From an uncultured Candidatus Saccharibacteria bacterium (GTDB lineage: Bacteria; Patescibacteriota; Minisyncoccia; Phycocordibacterales; UBA9973), in the NCBI GenBank assembly GCA_964646765.1, contig CAZYIA010000001.1, forward strand, positions 274,105-338,104: a DNA stretch of 64,000 nt, in the 5' to 3' direction. Positions 18,742 to 28,560 of the stretch are shown here, piece by piece. Each line of letters begins with the position of its first letter. Position 1 is the stretch's first letter. A program made the position numbers and the translations under genes. A model generated the notes under the pieces. That model did not search any database and was not told the DNA's origin. It saw nothing but the letters and a program-made list of their open reading frames with translations.

Positions 18742-21342
18742 TTATTTTCGGAGAACTTTTTTAAGATATTTTCCTGTGTGGCTCTTCGGATTATTTGCCA
18801 CTTCCTCCGGTGTTCCATGTGCTACCAATTTACCACCGCCAACACCACCTTCTGGACCAATGTCGATGAGGTAGTCGGAGCATTTAATGATATCCATGTT
18901 GTGCTCAATCAATACGACACTGTTTCCTTTGCCTACGAGCATCTGAAGCACTTCTAAAAGCTTTGCAACGTCATCGTAGTGTAAACCTACTGTTGGCTCG
19001 TCTAAAAGATACATCGTTTTTTCGATATGCGTTCGATACAGTTCAGATGAAATTTTAACACGCTGTGCTTCCCCACCCGAGAGCGTGGTAGCACTTTGGC
19101 CAAGCTCCAAATACCCTAAGCCAACATCATCAAGGGTTTTTAAACGGTCATAAATAGCTGGAATATCCTCAAAGAATTTTAGTGCTTCTTCAACTGTTGT
19201 TTTGAGCACTTCGTAAATATTCTTTTTCTTATACTTTACCGCAAGGGTTTCTTTGTCGAAGCGCTTACCGCGACATACATCACAAGTAACATACACGGTT
19301 GGCAAAAAGTGCATTTCAACTGCAATTTCACCATTTCCTTCACACGCCTCACAGCGGCCACCTTTCACGTTGAATGAAAAACGATTTGATTTCCAACCGC
19401 GAATACGAGCTTCCTCGGTAGCTGCAAAAAGGTCACGAATATGCGAAAAAGCACCGGTATAGGTAGCAATATTTGAGCGTGGTGTACGGCCAATCGGCGA
19501 CTGATCGATCAAAATAGCCCGTGAAAGATACTCGGAACCAGTAAACGTTGCGCAGTTAAATGTTTGGTTCGAACGATACCGGCGATCAAATCGGGCTTCC
19601 AAATTCTTGTGCAAGATTTCATACATGAAAGAGCTCTTACCGCTACCTGAAACACCAGTAATGGTAACTAAGCGACCGAGCGGCACTGTAACATTCATGT
19701 TTTTAATATTGAAGACACTACCATTCACAATTTTGACAGCTCCTTTATCTTTACTGCGGCGTTCATCTGGTACAGCAATTTTTTCTTCGCCACGAAGATA
19801 CGCGAGTGTACGTGAACCGCTCGGGTTTTTCTTCGCAGTCAACAGATCATCAAGATACCCTGAAGCAATTACATTACCACCATGAACACCTGCTTTCGGA
19901 CCAATATCAATAATATAGTCAGAGGCGTAAATAGTATCTTCATCGTGTTCAACGACTAAGATAGTATTGCCAAGATCACGGAGATTCAAAAGCGTTTCAA
20001 TCAAACGTTCGTTATCACGCTGGTGAAGCCCAATCGTTGGTTCATCGAGCACATACAGTGCTCCCACAAGTCGTGAACCCAGTTGTGAAGCTAAACGAAT
20101 GCGTTGCGCTTCCCCACCCGAGAGCGTATTAGCTCTTCGATCAAGTGTTAAATATTCCAAACCAACATCGAGCATAAACACCAACCGAGCTTCAATTTCT
20201 TTCAAAACTGGCAGCGAAATATCTTTATCCTTTGGAGAAAATTTCAGGTTGGTCGTGAAAGCATGCGCGGTAGCAATACTCTGTGCAGCAAATTCAACAA
20301 TATTTTTTCGCTCCGTTCCGGTGCCGATAAATACATTTAAAGCTTCAGTTCGCAAGCGAGCTCCTTTACAAGTAGGACATGCTTCGTCACCAAAAAAATG
20401 CTTGGTGCCTAAACCATTACATTCAGAACAGGCACCATAGGGTGAATTGAACGAAAAGAGTCGCGGCTCAATTTCTGGAAATGAAAAACCATCGTTTGGG
20501 CAAGCAAACTTTGCCGAGAGCAAAAATTCTTCACTGCCATCAAACGACACAATAACTAAACCATCAGCCTCATGGAGAGCTCGTTCCACCGATTCAGCAA
20601 GTCGCATACGAGCAGCCTCAGGGCTGTTCTTAAATTCTTCTACCAAAAATTCATCTACGAGTACTTCAATGTTGTGCGCTTTTGTTTTTGAAAGCTCAAT
20701 ACGGTCACGAAGACTCATCATCTTGCCATCAACGCGAACATGCGTAAAACCTTTACCAAGAAGATCATATAGCAACTGATAGTATTCACCTTTTCGTCCA
20801 CGAACTAATGGCGCGTATACATGCACTCGCGCATCTACCCAAGTAACTCCGAGAACTGTTTTCTTTTTAGAAATTTTAATGCGTTCATCTGCCTTTTCAA
20901 GGACAAACGAAACAATTTCTTCGTTCGATAGTTTTTTAATCTCCGTACCGCATACTGGACAAACGGCCTTTCCCACACGAGCGTAGAGCACACGAAGATA
21001 GTCGTAAATTTCGGTAATGGTTGCGACTGTTGAACGTGGATTATTTGAGCGAGATTTTTGGTCGATAGAAATCGCCGGAGAAAGTCCAGTGATTTCGTCC
21101 ACATCAGGCTTTGGCATCTGATTTAAGAACTGACGAGCATACGCTGAAAGTGACTCAACATACCGACGCTGACCTTCAGCAAAAATGGTATCAAAAGCAA
21201 GCGAGCTTTTACCTGAACCTGACATACCAGTAATAACCACCATTTTATTGCGTGGCATTTCAACCGTAATGTTTTTGAGATTATGCGTTCGAGCACCGCG
21301 AACGATGATTTCTTCTTGTTGTTTATGGGTTTTATGAGACAT
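18742..21342 (-). CDS. uvrA: Excinuclease ABC subunit A
   Basis: [32 protein letters not shown], two LSGGEAQR motifs, zinc fingers. Confidence 0.97.
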   Translation of the reverse strand: MSHKTHKQQEEIIVRGARTHNLKNITVEMPRNKMVVITGMSGSGKSSLAFDTIFAEGQRRYVESLSAYARQFLNQMPKPDVDEITGLSPAISIDQKSRSNNPRSTVATITEIYDYLRVLYARVGKAVCPVCGTEIKKLSNEEIVSFVLEKADERIKISKKKTVLGVTWVDARVHVYAPLVRGRKGEYYQLLYDLLGKGFTHVRVDGKMMSLRDRIELSKTKAHNIEVLVDEFLVEEFKNSPEAARMRLAESVERALHEADGLVIVSFDGSEEFLLSAKFACPNDGFSFPEIEPRLFSFNSPYGACSECNGLGTKHFFGDEACPTCKGARLRTEALNVFIGTGTERKNIVEFAAQSIATAHAFTTNLKFSPKDKDISLPVLKEIEARLVFMLDVGLEYLTLDRRANTLSGGEAQRIRLASQLGSRLVGALYVLDEPTIGLHQRDNERLIETLLNLRDLGNTILVVEHDEDTIYASDYIIDIGPKAGVHGGNVIASGYLDDLLTAKKNPSGSRTLAYLRGEEKIAVPDERRSKDKGAVKIVNGSVFNIKNMNVTVPLGRLVTITGVSGSGKSSFMYEILHKNLEARFDRRYRSNQTFNCATFTGSEYLSRAILIDQSPIGRTPRSNIATYTGAFSHIRDLFAATEEARIRGWKSNRFSFNVKGGRCEACEGNGEIAVEMHFLPTVYVTCDVCRGKRFDKETLAVKYKKKNIYEVLKTTVEEALKFFEDIPAIYDRLKTLDDVGLGYLELGQSATTLSGGEAQRVKISSELYRTHIEKTMYLLDEPTVGLHYDDVAKLLEVLQMLVGKGNSVVLIEHNMDIIKCSDYLIDIGPEGGVGGGKLVAHGTPEEVANNPKSHTGKYLKKVLRK

Positions 21343-21434
21343 AGCTATATGACGCAAACTCACCCGCCAAGACTGCTTGGGGGTGTTTATCGTACAGTTC
21401 TACTATAACATACTTGGCAAGTCCTTATAGAGAC

Positions 21435-21466
21435 ACAGAAAGACGCCTGCAGGAGGCGTCTTTCTG
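21435..21466. terminator. Intrinsic terminator of the small Gly-rich gene
   Basis: acagaaagacgcct-gcagg-aggcgtctttctgt. Confidence 0.7.
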
Positions 21467-21507
21467 TATTAGAAGTTGAAAGTCGTGTTTTAGTTTTAGT
21501 TGTTTGG

Positions 21508-21651
21508 TTAGCGGTTGTCTGAACCAGATGAAGAACCGGAGCCACCAGAACCGGAATCATTACCCCTGTTTCCCTGACCACCACCTCCCTGGTTGCCGCT
21601 CTTTTCCATCTTGTCCTGGCCACCTTGGTTGTTGTGAAATTCGTGAGTCAT
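21508..21651 (-). CDS. 47-aa Gly/Ser/Asn-rich hydrophilic small protein
   Basis: MTHEFHNNQGGQDKMEKSGNQGGGGQGNRGNDSGSGGSGSSSGSDNR; followed by a terminator. Confidence 0.6.
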   Translation of the reverse strand: MTHEFHNNQGGQDKMEKSGNQGGGGQGNRGNDSGSGGSGSSSGSDNR

Positions 21652-21783
21652 ATAATTAAAACACAAAACGAAATTCGTATTGTGTTGGTTGTTACTACTA
21701 ATCATCGGCCTACATCTTACCTAACGCAAGGTAAAGAGGAGGTGTGACAAACCGATTGAAAAAATAACAAAAACTAACAGCTA

Positions 21784-22188
21784 CTATTTATTTAGAACTG
21801 TGATAGTTAACTGTAAACAAGTAGCAAACATTCCCCAGAGAAGATATGGGATGTTTACATACACTACCCAACGGAATGCTGGTGCGACATGCCAAAGCAT
21901 ATATAATGCCCAAGCTAAGGTAATAACTACAAGGATTACATCAATCGAGGCAAGAAGATTATTTCTAAGTCCAAACTGAATTGGTGTAAATGCAAAATTA
22001 AAAATGAGGTTCAAAGCAAATGGTAAAGATAGTATCCAAGGAAGCTCTCCAGTATGGGATCGATAAAAGACGGTACCGAAAGAAATAGCAATAATTACAT
22101 AGAGCACCGTCCATACTGGACCAAACAGCCAAGATGGAGGAGCCCAAGCAGGCTTCATAAGTTCTGAGTACCAAGTGTAAGTGTTCAT
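21784..22188 (-). CDS. tspO: TspO/MBR tryptophan-rich sensory protein
   Basis: WYSELMKPAWAPPSWLFGPVWTVLY, PYLLW. Confidence 0.92.
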   Translation of the reverse strand: MNTYTWYSELMKPAWAPPSWLFGPVWTVLYVIIAISFGTVFYRSHTGELPWILSLPFALNLIFNFAFTPIQFGLRNNLLASIDVILVVITLAWALYMLWHVAPAFRWVVYVNIPYLLWGMFATCLQLTITVLNK

Positions 22189-22270
22189 TGGTTTAGTGTA
22201 GCATTTGAGCTCATAAGTTAATAAGTAAAATTCTACAGGAAGACGCGCTCTACGGTCACTGACACTTTTC

Positions 22271-22420
22271 CATCACTAAACTTGTGAGCCATAATAATTT
22301 GCTCGCCGTCGCTCACAAATTTTCCAGCCCCGGACTCAGCTGTTTTTCTTGCTAGAAAAACATGCTTCCGTCTTCACTGCACAGCAAAAAATCCCCAGCA
22401 GTGGGGATTTTTTGTGGCAG
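22271..22420. repeat. tRNA-trailer structured element, copy C
   Basis: aaaaaatccccagcagtggggatttttt hairpin plus shared core. Confidence 0.65.
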
Positions 22421-22492
22421 TGACCCTACGGGGAGTCGAACCCCGGTTAACGGATTGAGAACCCGCTGTCCTAACCACTAGACGATAGGGCC
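22421..22492 (-). tRNA. tRNA-Glu(CTC)
   Basis: ggcccta...tagggtc-a; anticodon arm gcggg-ttCTCaa-tccgt. Confidence 0.93.
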
Positions 22493-22569
22493 AATAACAG
22501 AAGAAAGATAGCAAAAATAACTTGATTTTTCAATGTTCGTAGAGAAAGTTTTTCTGTTACAATACAGAT

Positions 22570-22881
22570 ATGACAACCAAACCTTTCTATAATTCAGTAT
22601 TTGCAATGGCCTATATTGTGGTCATCGTTTCCCTTCTTTCATTTGCTCAGCATTTTGCCGCTGGCCCTGACAACATGCTTATGCCAATAGGCATGCTTTC
22701 AATGCTAGTTCTTTCAGCAGCAGTTATGGCGTACATTTTCTTTTACCAACCAGTTCTCATGCTCATTGAAGGAAAACGCGAACAAGCTGTGACTTTCTTC
22801 ATGAAGACAGTTGCTTACTTTGCAATCATTGCAGCATTAATGTTTTTTGCTTCTATCGTAGTAAGCCGTATCGCAGCATAA
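22570..22881 (+). CDS. Small three-TM membrane protein
   Basis: Hydrophobic 103 aa; TGtTACAAT 6 nt before ATG. Confidence 0.8.
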   Translation: MTTKPFYNSVFAMAYIVVIVSLLSFAQHFAAGPDNMLMPIGMLSMLVLSAAVMAYIFFYQPVLMLIEGKREQAVTFFMKTVAYFAIIAALMFFASIVVSRIAA

Positions 22882-22911
22882 GTTTTTGCAATAAACACTA
22901 CAAACGGTCAA

Positions 22912-22939
22912 GGTAACGTTCTTGAAATTAATTCGTCAT
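22912..22939 (+). promoter_or_regulatory. Candidate ECF promoter GGTAAC-N16-CGTCAT
   Basis: Matches the motif at 751 and 1091. Confidence 0.5.
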
Positions 22940-22980
22940 TATATATGCAGCGGGGCTCGCTAAAAGGCCAAAAAACTTTG

Positions 22981-23020
22981 CAAAAAGCTTATTCCCACCT
23001 ACGAATAAGCTTTTTGTTTT
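22981..23020 (+). terminator. Intrinsic terminator
   Basis: caaaaagcttattc-ccacctac-gaataagctttttg followed by T-run. Confidence 0.7.
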
Positions 23021-23071
23021 CTACTTTTGATTTTTGTCCTATTTCTTATTTCTTTAAGACTTTTTTACAAC

Positions 23072-23117
23072 TATTTTATATACAATTCTCACCCGGGTGA
23101 GAATTGTATATAAAATA
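23072..23117. repeat. Perfect 46-bp palindrome
   Basis: tattttatatacaattctcaccc|gggtgagaattgtatataaaata. Confidence 0.95.
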
Positions 23118-23206
23118 TATTTAAAGTGAGGGGAAGATATTTTTTACTTCTTTTCTTTCTTACTGTTTCTTACGAGTGGTACTTTTTACCACTATTCCTA
23201 TTTATC

Positions 23207-24481
23207 TTATTTTTTCTTCCACTCTTCTTCTTGGCGAACGAGGAGTTTTTCTTTATGTTCAGGGTGCGCCATCAGTTCTTCAACTGCTCTTTCGAGACGA
23301 ACACCCTGGGAACCTTTTACTAAAATTAAATCTCCTGGTTCAAGAATCGAAGCAAGAGCTCGGCCGGCTTCGCGGCTTCCTTGATACTCAGCAACATTTT
23401 GCGCCGTCATACCGTGCATATAGGCACTCTCAGCAATCCCCTTTGCTCGAACACCAACCGTAATTAAGTGCTTCACCACTTTGGCCGCATGCTCTCCAAC
23501 TGTATGGTGTGCTTCTTCGGTAAATTTACCAAGCTCAAGCATATCACCAAGCACCGCAATTTTTCTGCCGGGAGCTTTCAGGTTATCTAAGAGTTTCAGT
23601 GCTGCTTCCATTGCTTCAGGTGAAGCATTATAGCTATCATCAATAATCACACTTTGATTTTTTCCTTCAATAAGTGACAGGCGGCCAGGCGGCGTACGAA
23701 AGCCCGAAAGATTTGCGAGAACTTCCCTTCGATTAAAACCAAGAGCGTCAGCAACTGAGAAAGCAGCAAGAACCGCCGTTATTTGGGTATCAGAAATAAG
23801 ATATGGAAAATCCTGAGTAATTTGTTCGTCGCCAGTATCAATCGCAAAGCTAATCCCATTTTCACCACGCGACAATATATTTCCTTTAATTTGCGCTCGC
23901 TCTAAAAATCCGTAGCCGCGAGAGGGGCCATTATATTCTCGAAGTGTCAGCGCAATACGTTCGTCATCAGCATTTCCAATAAGAATTCCCCCTTCACGTA
24001 GGGTGCGAACTAAAGCTAATTTTTCTTGAATAACATGTTCGGCTGATTCAAAAAACTCAACGTGCACAGGAATAAGTGGTAAGCGAGTAAGAACTGTCAC
24101 GTTTGGTTTTAACCATTGGGTAATACTCGAAATATCTCCTGGACGGTCAGTACCCACCTCAAGGACAAGCCATTCAGGATACTTATGAGGAAAAACTACT
24201 AACCAAAAACCAAGAAAGATATTTTCAATCCAGCGCCACCACGAGTTCCAGACATTTGGAAGTCCTAAAACCGAAAGCGGTACGCTAAATTCACTGTTAA
24301 AACTTTTTTCACTTTTACGAACATGGGTTAGGCCAGAGAGTGCAGTAAAAATAGCATCTTTAGTTGACGTTTTACCCACACTGCCAGTAATAGCGATAAT
24401 TTTTGGCTGGTAACGAAGCAACACGGCTTTCGCTTCCCAGATTAAAATATTGTTGAGAATCTTTTTTAAAGTTTGACGCAT
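23207..24481 (-). CDS. murF: UDP-MurNAc-tripeptide--D-Ala-D-Ala ligase
   Basis: AITGSVGKTSTK, DDSYNASP, LGDMLELG, VKGSQG; dcw context. Confidence 0.92.
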   Translation of the reverse strand: MRQTLKKILNNILIWEAKAVLLRYQPKIIAITGSVGKTSTKDAIFTALSGLTHVRKSEKSFNSEFSVPLSVLGLPNVWNSWWRWIENIFLGFWLVVFPHKYPEWLVLEVGTDRPGDISSITQWLKPNVTVLTRLPLIPVHVEFFESAEHVIQEKLALVRTLREGGILIGNADDERIALTLREYNGPSRGYGFLERAQIKGNILSRGENGISFAIDTGDEQITQDFPYLISDTQITAVLAAFSVADALGFNRREVLANLSGFRTPPGRLSLIEGKNQSVIIDDSYNASPEAMEAALKLLDNLKAPGRKIAVLGDMLELGKFTEEAHHTVGEHAAKVVKHLITVGVRAKGIAESAYMHGMTAQNVAEYQGSREAGRALASILEPGDLILVKGSQGVRLERAVEELMAHPEHKEKLLVRQEEEWKKK

Positions 24482-24482
24482 A

Positions 24483-26192
24483 TTACCTGTCAGGTGGCAG
24501 GTCGTAGTAGTTTATCAGAAAATCAATCATCTCGCGAAGGCCGGCACCGAGAGTTTCCGCAGAAAATGTTGCCCCTTTGGGATTACGATTATAAAGAAAA
24601 ACAATAAATTTTGGATCATAGGCCGGCAAATACGCAAATGCGGTATGTAGGAAACGATCAGAATAATAACCACCCTCTGGTTTTACCAACTGTGCCGTAC
24701 CAGTTTTCGCAGCCACGCTGTAGTGCTCAAGATGCAGAGCTCCGTTTGCGGTACCGTAATCAAATACATGCACCAACATGCGAGTTATTGTTTCGGTTGT
24801 AGTGGCTGGTAACACTTGTTCGCCTTTTGGCCATTCTAATGTTTTAGTACCACCATCTTTATAATTGATAGAAGCTCCAATATGAGGCGTTACTAAATAA
24901 CCGCCATTAGCAAGCACCGAAAACGCACGCACTGCTGAAACTGGTGAGAGCGCAATACCTTGACCAAATGACGCCGTAGCATAATCAACCGGCTGACCTT
25001 TTTCAAGATTTCTCGTGAGATTGGTTACTTCATTTGGTAAATCAATTCCGGTTTTTTTATTAATTCCAAATTTATAGAGATATTCTCGGAAGCGATCATT
25101 TCCTAATTTTTGTTCTGCAAAGACCGCACCGGTGTTGAGTGATTTATCAAGTACTGTTTGCATTGTGGTAATACCACGAGCTTTACTGTCGAAGTTTGCT
25201 ACACGGCGGCCACTAATAGTTAAGACTCCTTTATCATCGTAGGTGGTATCTGGAGTTACCACACCAGCATCAATGGCTCCGGCCATAGTAAGCGGCTTAA
25301 CAACCGAACCAAGCTCAAACACATGCTCAACCAAAGGATTACTAAAATGGCTAATATCTTCGGTTTGCTGATAGGTATTTGGATCAAAGTCTGGTAACGC
25401 AGTAAGTGCATAAATGGCACCTGTTTTAGGATCCATAATAATGCCGCCAACTTCATCCGACTGAAACTTTGAGAGCACACCCTGAAGTGTTTCTTCTAAT
25501 TTTTGTTCTACTAGCGGCTCAATTGTTGTCACCACATCTCCTTCTCCATGATCTTTCGTAACTACCGAATCTGAAACACTATTCCAAAGCTCAGCAAAGA
25601 AATTAACAAACACTGTGTCGTTAGATCGCGAAAGTGTATCATTATAAGAACGCTCTACACCGTATGAACCAGCGCGATTTTTACCATCCCAGCCAACAAA
25701 ACCGATAAGTCGTGATGCGAGACTTTCACCAGGATAAAAACGCCATTTTTCTTTATAAATTTGCACGCCCGGCAACTTGAGTGCTGAAATGGCATCAGCG
25801 ACATCTTTTGAAAGATGGTCGGTAATTTCTTCGTACGGATCGTTCGTTCGTCCTGCTTTCTGTATAAAATCGTCATGCGGAATTGACGTAAGTGCATTGA
25901 GTGCTTCATATGTTTTTTCGGGATCAGTAATTGACTTAGGTTCAATCGCAACTTTAAAACCCGAAGTGAGTGTTGCTGCGGACACAAGCGTGCCATCTTT
26001 TCGCGTAAAGAAAATACTGCCACGCTCAAAAATATCAGTAACCGGTGTCACGTACTGACGATCAGCCCGAGTAATATAGTCATCTTTATGGATGATTTCT
26101 AAACTCACAAGCTTCAAAATAATAAGAAGCGCGATCAAAATAACAAAACCCCGGACAATCCAGAGTTTTGTATTCGTAACGTTAGATTCCAT
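24483..26192 (-). CDS. ftsI: Class B penicillin-binding protein (FtsI/PBP3)
   Basis: SVVK, SLN and KTG transpeptidase motifs; follows mraZ-rsmH-ftsL. Confidence 0.88.
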   Translation of the reverse strand: MESNVTNTKLWIVRGFVILIALLIILKLVSLEIIHKDDYITRADRQYVTPVTDIFERGSIFFTRKDGTLVSAATLTSGFKVAIEPKSITDPEKTYEALNALTSIPHDDFIQKAGRTNDPYEEITDHLSKDVADAISALKLPGVQIYKEKWRFYPGESLASRLIGFVGWDGKNRAGSYGVERSYNDTLSRSNDTVFVNFFAELWNSVSDSVVTKDHGEGDVVTTIEPLVEQKLEETLQGVLSKFQSDEVGGIIMDPKTGAIYALTALPDFDPNTYQQTEDISHFSNPLVEHVFELGSVVKPLTMAGAIDAGVVTPDTTYDDKGVLTISGRRVANFDSKARGITTMQTVLDKSLNTGAVFAEQKLGNDRFREYLYKFGINKKTGIDLPNEVTNLTRNLEKGQPVDYATASFGQGIALSPVSAVRAFSVLANGGYLVTPHIGASINYKDGGTKTLEWPKGEQVLPATTTETITRMLVHVFDYGTANGALHLEHYSVAAKTGTAQLVKPEGGYYSDRFLHTAFAYLPAYDPKFIVFLYNRNPKGATFSAETLGAGLREMIDFLINYYDLPPDR

Positions 26193-26517
26193 GAGCAAAT
26201 GCAACAGCTACACCGGTGCCTTCTCGTGCGTAGGCAACTGCTTTCGGAGTAGTGAGACCTAAGCTTGCTCCAGTTTCTGGAGTCAGACCTTCGGTAAGTG
26301 AGAGATAGGTTCCTTCAAGTGTAGCAGTAGCTGAGACAGTATCACGAATAGCAACTTCAATAGTACGGCGATGGAGAGCAAGGGAAACGGTTGAGAGCAT
26401 AGCGTAAAGATACAAACCAAAAGCCAGGACAATAACCATAAAAAGAAAGTGAACCGTGCGACGCTCAAAAACCTGTGAGGTAATGAGTGCAGCTGGAAAT
26501 TGTTTTACACGATACAT
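26182..26517 (-). CDS. FtsL-like cell division protein
   Basis: Single TM plus helical segment, between rsmH and ftsI. Confidence 0.65.
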   Translation of the reverse strand: MYRVKQFPAALITSQVFERRTVHFLFMVIVLAFGLYLYAMLSTVSLALHRRTIEVAIRDTVSATATLEGTYLSLTEGLTPETGASLGLTTPKAVAYAREGTGVAVAFAHGI

Positions 26518-26543
26518 ATGGTGACTATAGAGACTTTTAGCTT

Positions 26544-27443
26544 CTAACTTTTTTCGATAACGCGAAGCTTGGCGCTTCGGGCTCGAGGATTAGTTTTTGC
26601 TTCACTTTCATTTGGACCAACCGGTTTTTTGGTAATAATTTTTCCAGAACCATCGCTCGCCAGAGTTTTAAACGTCTGCTTCACGATGCGGTCTTCCAAA
26701 CTGTGAAAAGTGATCACTGCAAGCCTTCCTCCGCTAGCAAGGCTGTTCCATCCTCCATTAATTCCCTCTTCGAGCGCTCGCAATTCGTCGTTAACGGCGA
26801 TGCGAATAGCTTGGAAGGTTCGGGTAGCTGGATGGATTCGGCCTTTCTTGTAGGCTGACGGCACTGCGGCATCCACACACGACACTAAATCAAACGTTGT
26901 CATGAGCGGGTGAACTTGTCGTCTCTCTACAATTACTTTGGCGATGCGGCGAGCGTAGCGCTCTTCACCGTAGGCGTAGATCATATTGGCTAGTGCTTCT
27001 CCACTAGCACTGTTTAAAAGAACTTTGGCAGTTAGGGTTTCGTCGGTTACTGGATACTCCATCGTCATTTCGAGTGGTTCATCGCGAAGGAAAGAAAATC
27101 CTCGACCACTTGCATCGAGCTGATCGCTACTTATGCCGATGTCGAGCAAAATGGCATCAACTGGAGTGAAATCATTTTCAGTGAGAACGCGCTCCATATT
27201 TCGGAAACTCTCATTAAAAAGGATTGGTTTCGCGCCAAGTTTTGCCAATCGAGCCTGTGCTCGTTTGAGCGCTTCCTTATCGCGATCAAAACCAATGATC
27301 GTAACTTTCCCTTTGAGTGTTTCAAAGACTGCACTCGCATGACCTCCACCACCAAACGTTCCGTCAACATAGACGGTATTTGGGCGAAGATTCAAATTCG
27401 AGAGTGTCTCGGCAAGAAGAACTGGAATGTGAACGGTTTCCAT
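26544..27443 (-). CDS. rsmH: 16S rRNA m4C1402 methyltransferase
   Basis: HIPVLL, DGTFGGGGH, FQAIRIAVNDEL, NPRARSAKLR. Confidence 0.97.
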   Translation of the reverse strand: METVHIPVLLAETLSNLNLRPNTVYVDGTFGGGGHASAVFETLKGKVTIIGFDRDKEALKRAQARLAKLGAKPILFNESFRNMERVLTENDFTPVDAILLDIGISSDQLDASGRGFSFLRDEPLEMTMEYPVTDETLTAKVLLNSASGEALANMIYAYGEERYARRIAKVIVERRQVHPLMTTFDLVSCVDAAVPSAYKKGRIHPATRTFQAIRIAVNDELRALEEGINGGWNSLASGGRLAVITFHSLEDRIVKQTFKTLASDGSGKIITKKPVGPNESEAKTNPRARSAKLRVIEKS

Positions 27444-27446
27444 ACT

Positions 27447-27881
27447 TTAAAGAACACCAATGGAACCAAGTTTCTCAGCAAGCGAGTCGGCCTGCCCTTC
27501 GACATTCTTCTTGTAATCGCTCCAGGTTTTTTCGTTCCAAATTTCAACCCGGTTCGATACACCGATGATAGCGACATTCTTTTTAAGCCCTGCACGCTCT
27601 TTAAGGAAATCTGGTACGAGGATGCGGCCACTGCCGTCTACCTCAACCTCAACTGCTCCTCCAAAGAGAAAGCGATTGAATGAACGATTATCCGTTTGGA
27701 GCATCGAGCTCTCTGCCAATCGAGAAGCAATTTTTTGCCACTCGTCTGGTGCAAACATAAATATTGATTTATCAAGACCGGGAGCAAGGACAACCTTTTT
27801 CCCGAATTCAGTGCGAAATTTCGCGGGTAAGGACACGCGGTTTTTCTCATCTAATGTATGTATGTATTCTCCAATGAGCAT
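27447..27881 (-). CDS. mraZ: Division/cell wall cluster repressor MraZ
   Basis: GEYIHTLDEKNRVSLP, DGSGRILVP, RVEIW. Confidence 0.97.
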   Translation of the reverse strand: MLIGEYIHTLDEKNRVSLPAKFRTEFGKKVVLAPGLDKSIFMFAPDEWQKIASRLAESSMLQTDNRSFNRFLFGGAVEVEVDGSGRILVPDFLKERAGLKKNVAIIGVSNRVEIWNEKTWSDYKKNVEGQADSLAEKLGSIGVL

Positions 27882-27901
27882 AAACCGCGTAATTTCCTAA
27901 A

Positions 27902-27949
27902 TCCCACTTATTCCCACCTAAATGAAATTTTACTCCACTTCATCCCACC
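27902..27949 (-). promoter_or_regulatory. MraZ operator repeats
   Basis: Minus strand GTGGGA/GTGGAG/GTGGGA/GTGGGA in two pairs with 10-nt spacing upstream of mraZ. Confidence 0.75.
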
Positions 27950-28101
27950 ATGCTAATTTTCGTGCCACTTTTCTGTGGATAAAAAGAACGAAAAAAGTAA
28001 AAAGAAATGAAATAGAAGTTACGTCTACTGAACGAGCGTTCACAAATAAAAAAGCCCTATGGTGTAGGGCTTTTTAGAATTTTTTGAGAATGAAATTTGA
28101 T

Positions 28102-28401
28102 TTACAAACAACCAATCAAGAAACAATTTGAGCATCCATCTGGCTCAAGACCATGCGGACCAATGTTTTTAAACACTTTGCAGGTTTTACAGAGACCGCG
28201 AGTAACCACTGGTTTACCCTTTCGATCAATGGGGTGGATTTGTCCGCACTTACACTGACACACCTTGGTTTCTTTTTTGAGTATGCCCTGATTAAATGTG
28301 ACATCTCCCAATTTTTGAGAATGACTCCAGGTGTTAATGGTGTACATTGGTGGAATGAGTTCATGTTCTTTTCTTTCTGGTACATTTTGTGTGATACACA
28401 T
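28102..28401 (-). CDS. Orphan Cys-rich (putative Zn-binding) protein
   Basis: CQCKC..H, CKTC, CSNC; terminator at about 28050-28075. Confidence 0.6.
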   Translation of the reverse strand: MCITQNVPERKEHELIPPMYTINTWSHSQKLGDVTFNQGILKKETKVCQCKCGQIHPIDRKGKPVVTRGLCKTCKVFKNIGPHGLEPDGCSNCFLIGCL

Positions 28402-28427
28402 AGTATTAAGTTTTAAAAGTGAAAAAT

Positions 28428-28510
28428 AAAAAAAACGACCCTCACAGAAGGGCCGATGTTTATTTTCATTCTTTGGAAATTTCGAGAATCAACGCAAAGA
28501 CCGGCCCTCC
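28428..28510 (-). promoter_or_regulatory. Terminator/antiterminator attenuator
   Basis: cggccctt-ctgt-gagggtcg-T8; upstream ggagggccgg can pair with the terminator 5' arm. Confidence 0.65.
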
Positions 28511-28560
28511 TTGTTTCGGAAGCCGAAATAAAAACCTTTGTTTGTAACTTTGCGTACCAT
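28489..28560 (-). CDS. Putative 23-aa leader peptide MVRKVTNKGFYFGFRNKEGRSLR
   Basis: ATG 6 nt after TGcTACATT; overlaps the antiterminator strand. Confidence 0.5.
   Translation of the reverse strand: MVRKVTNKGFYFGFRNKEGRSLR

Noticed and set aside
21725-21750. ggaggtgtg, also at about 37923, resembling a strong Shine-Dalgarno
   Set aside because: No credible ORF at the proper spacing; two copies are too few to define a motif
27974-27982. DnaA box TGTGGATAA
   Set aside because: Single box without a cluster or dnaA context; not evidence for oriC
28545-28552. TAACTTTG matching the Bacteroidota -7 promoter consensus
   Set aside because: Single short match; truB has its own -10-like box 6 nt before its ATG
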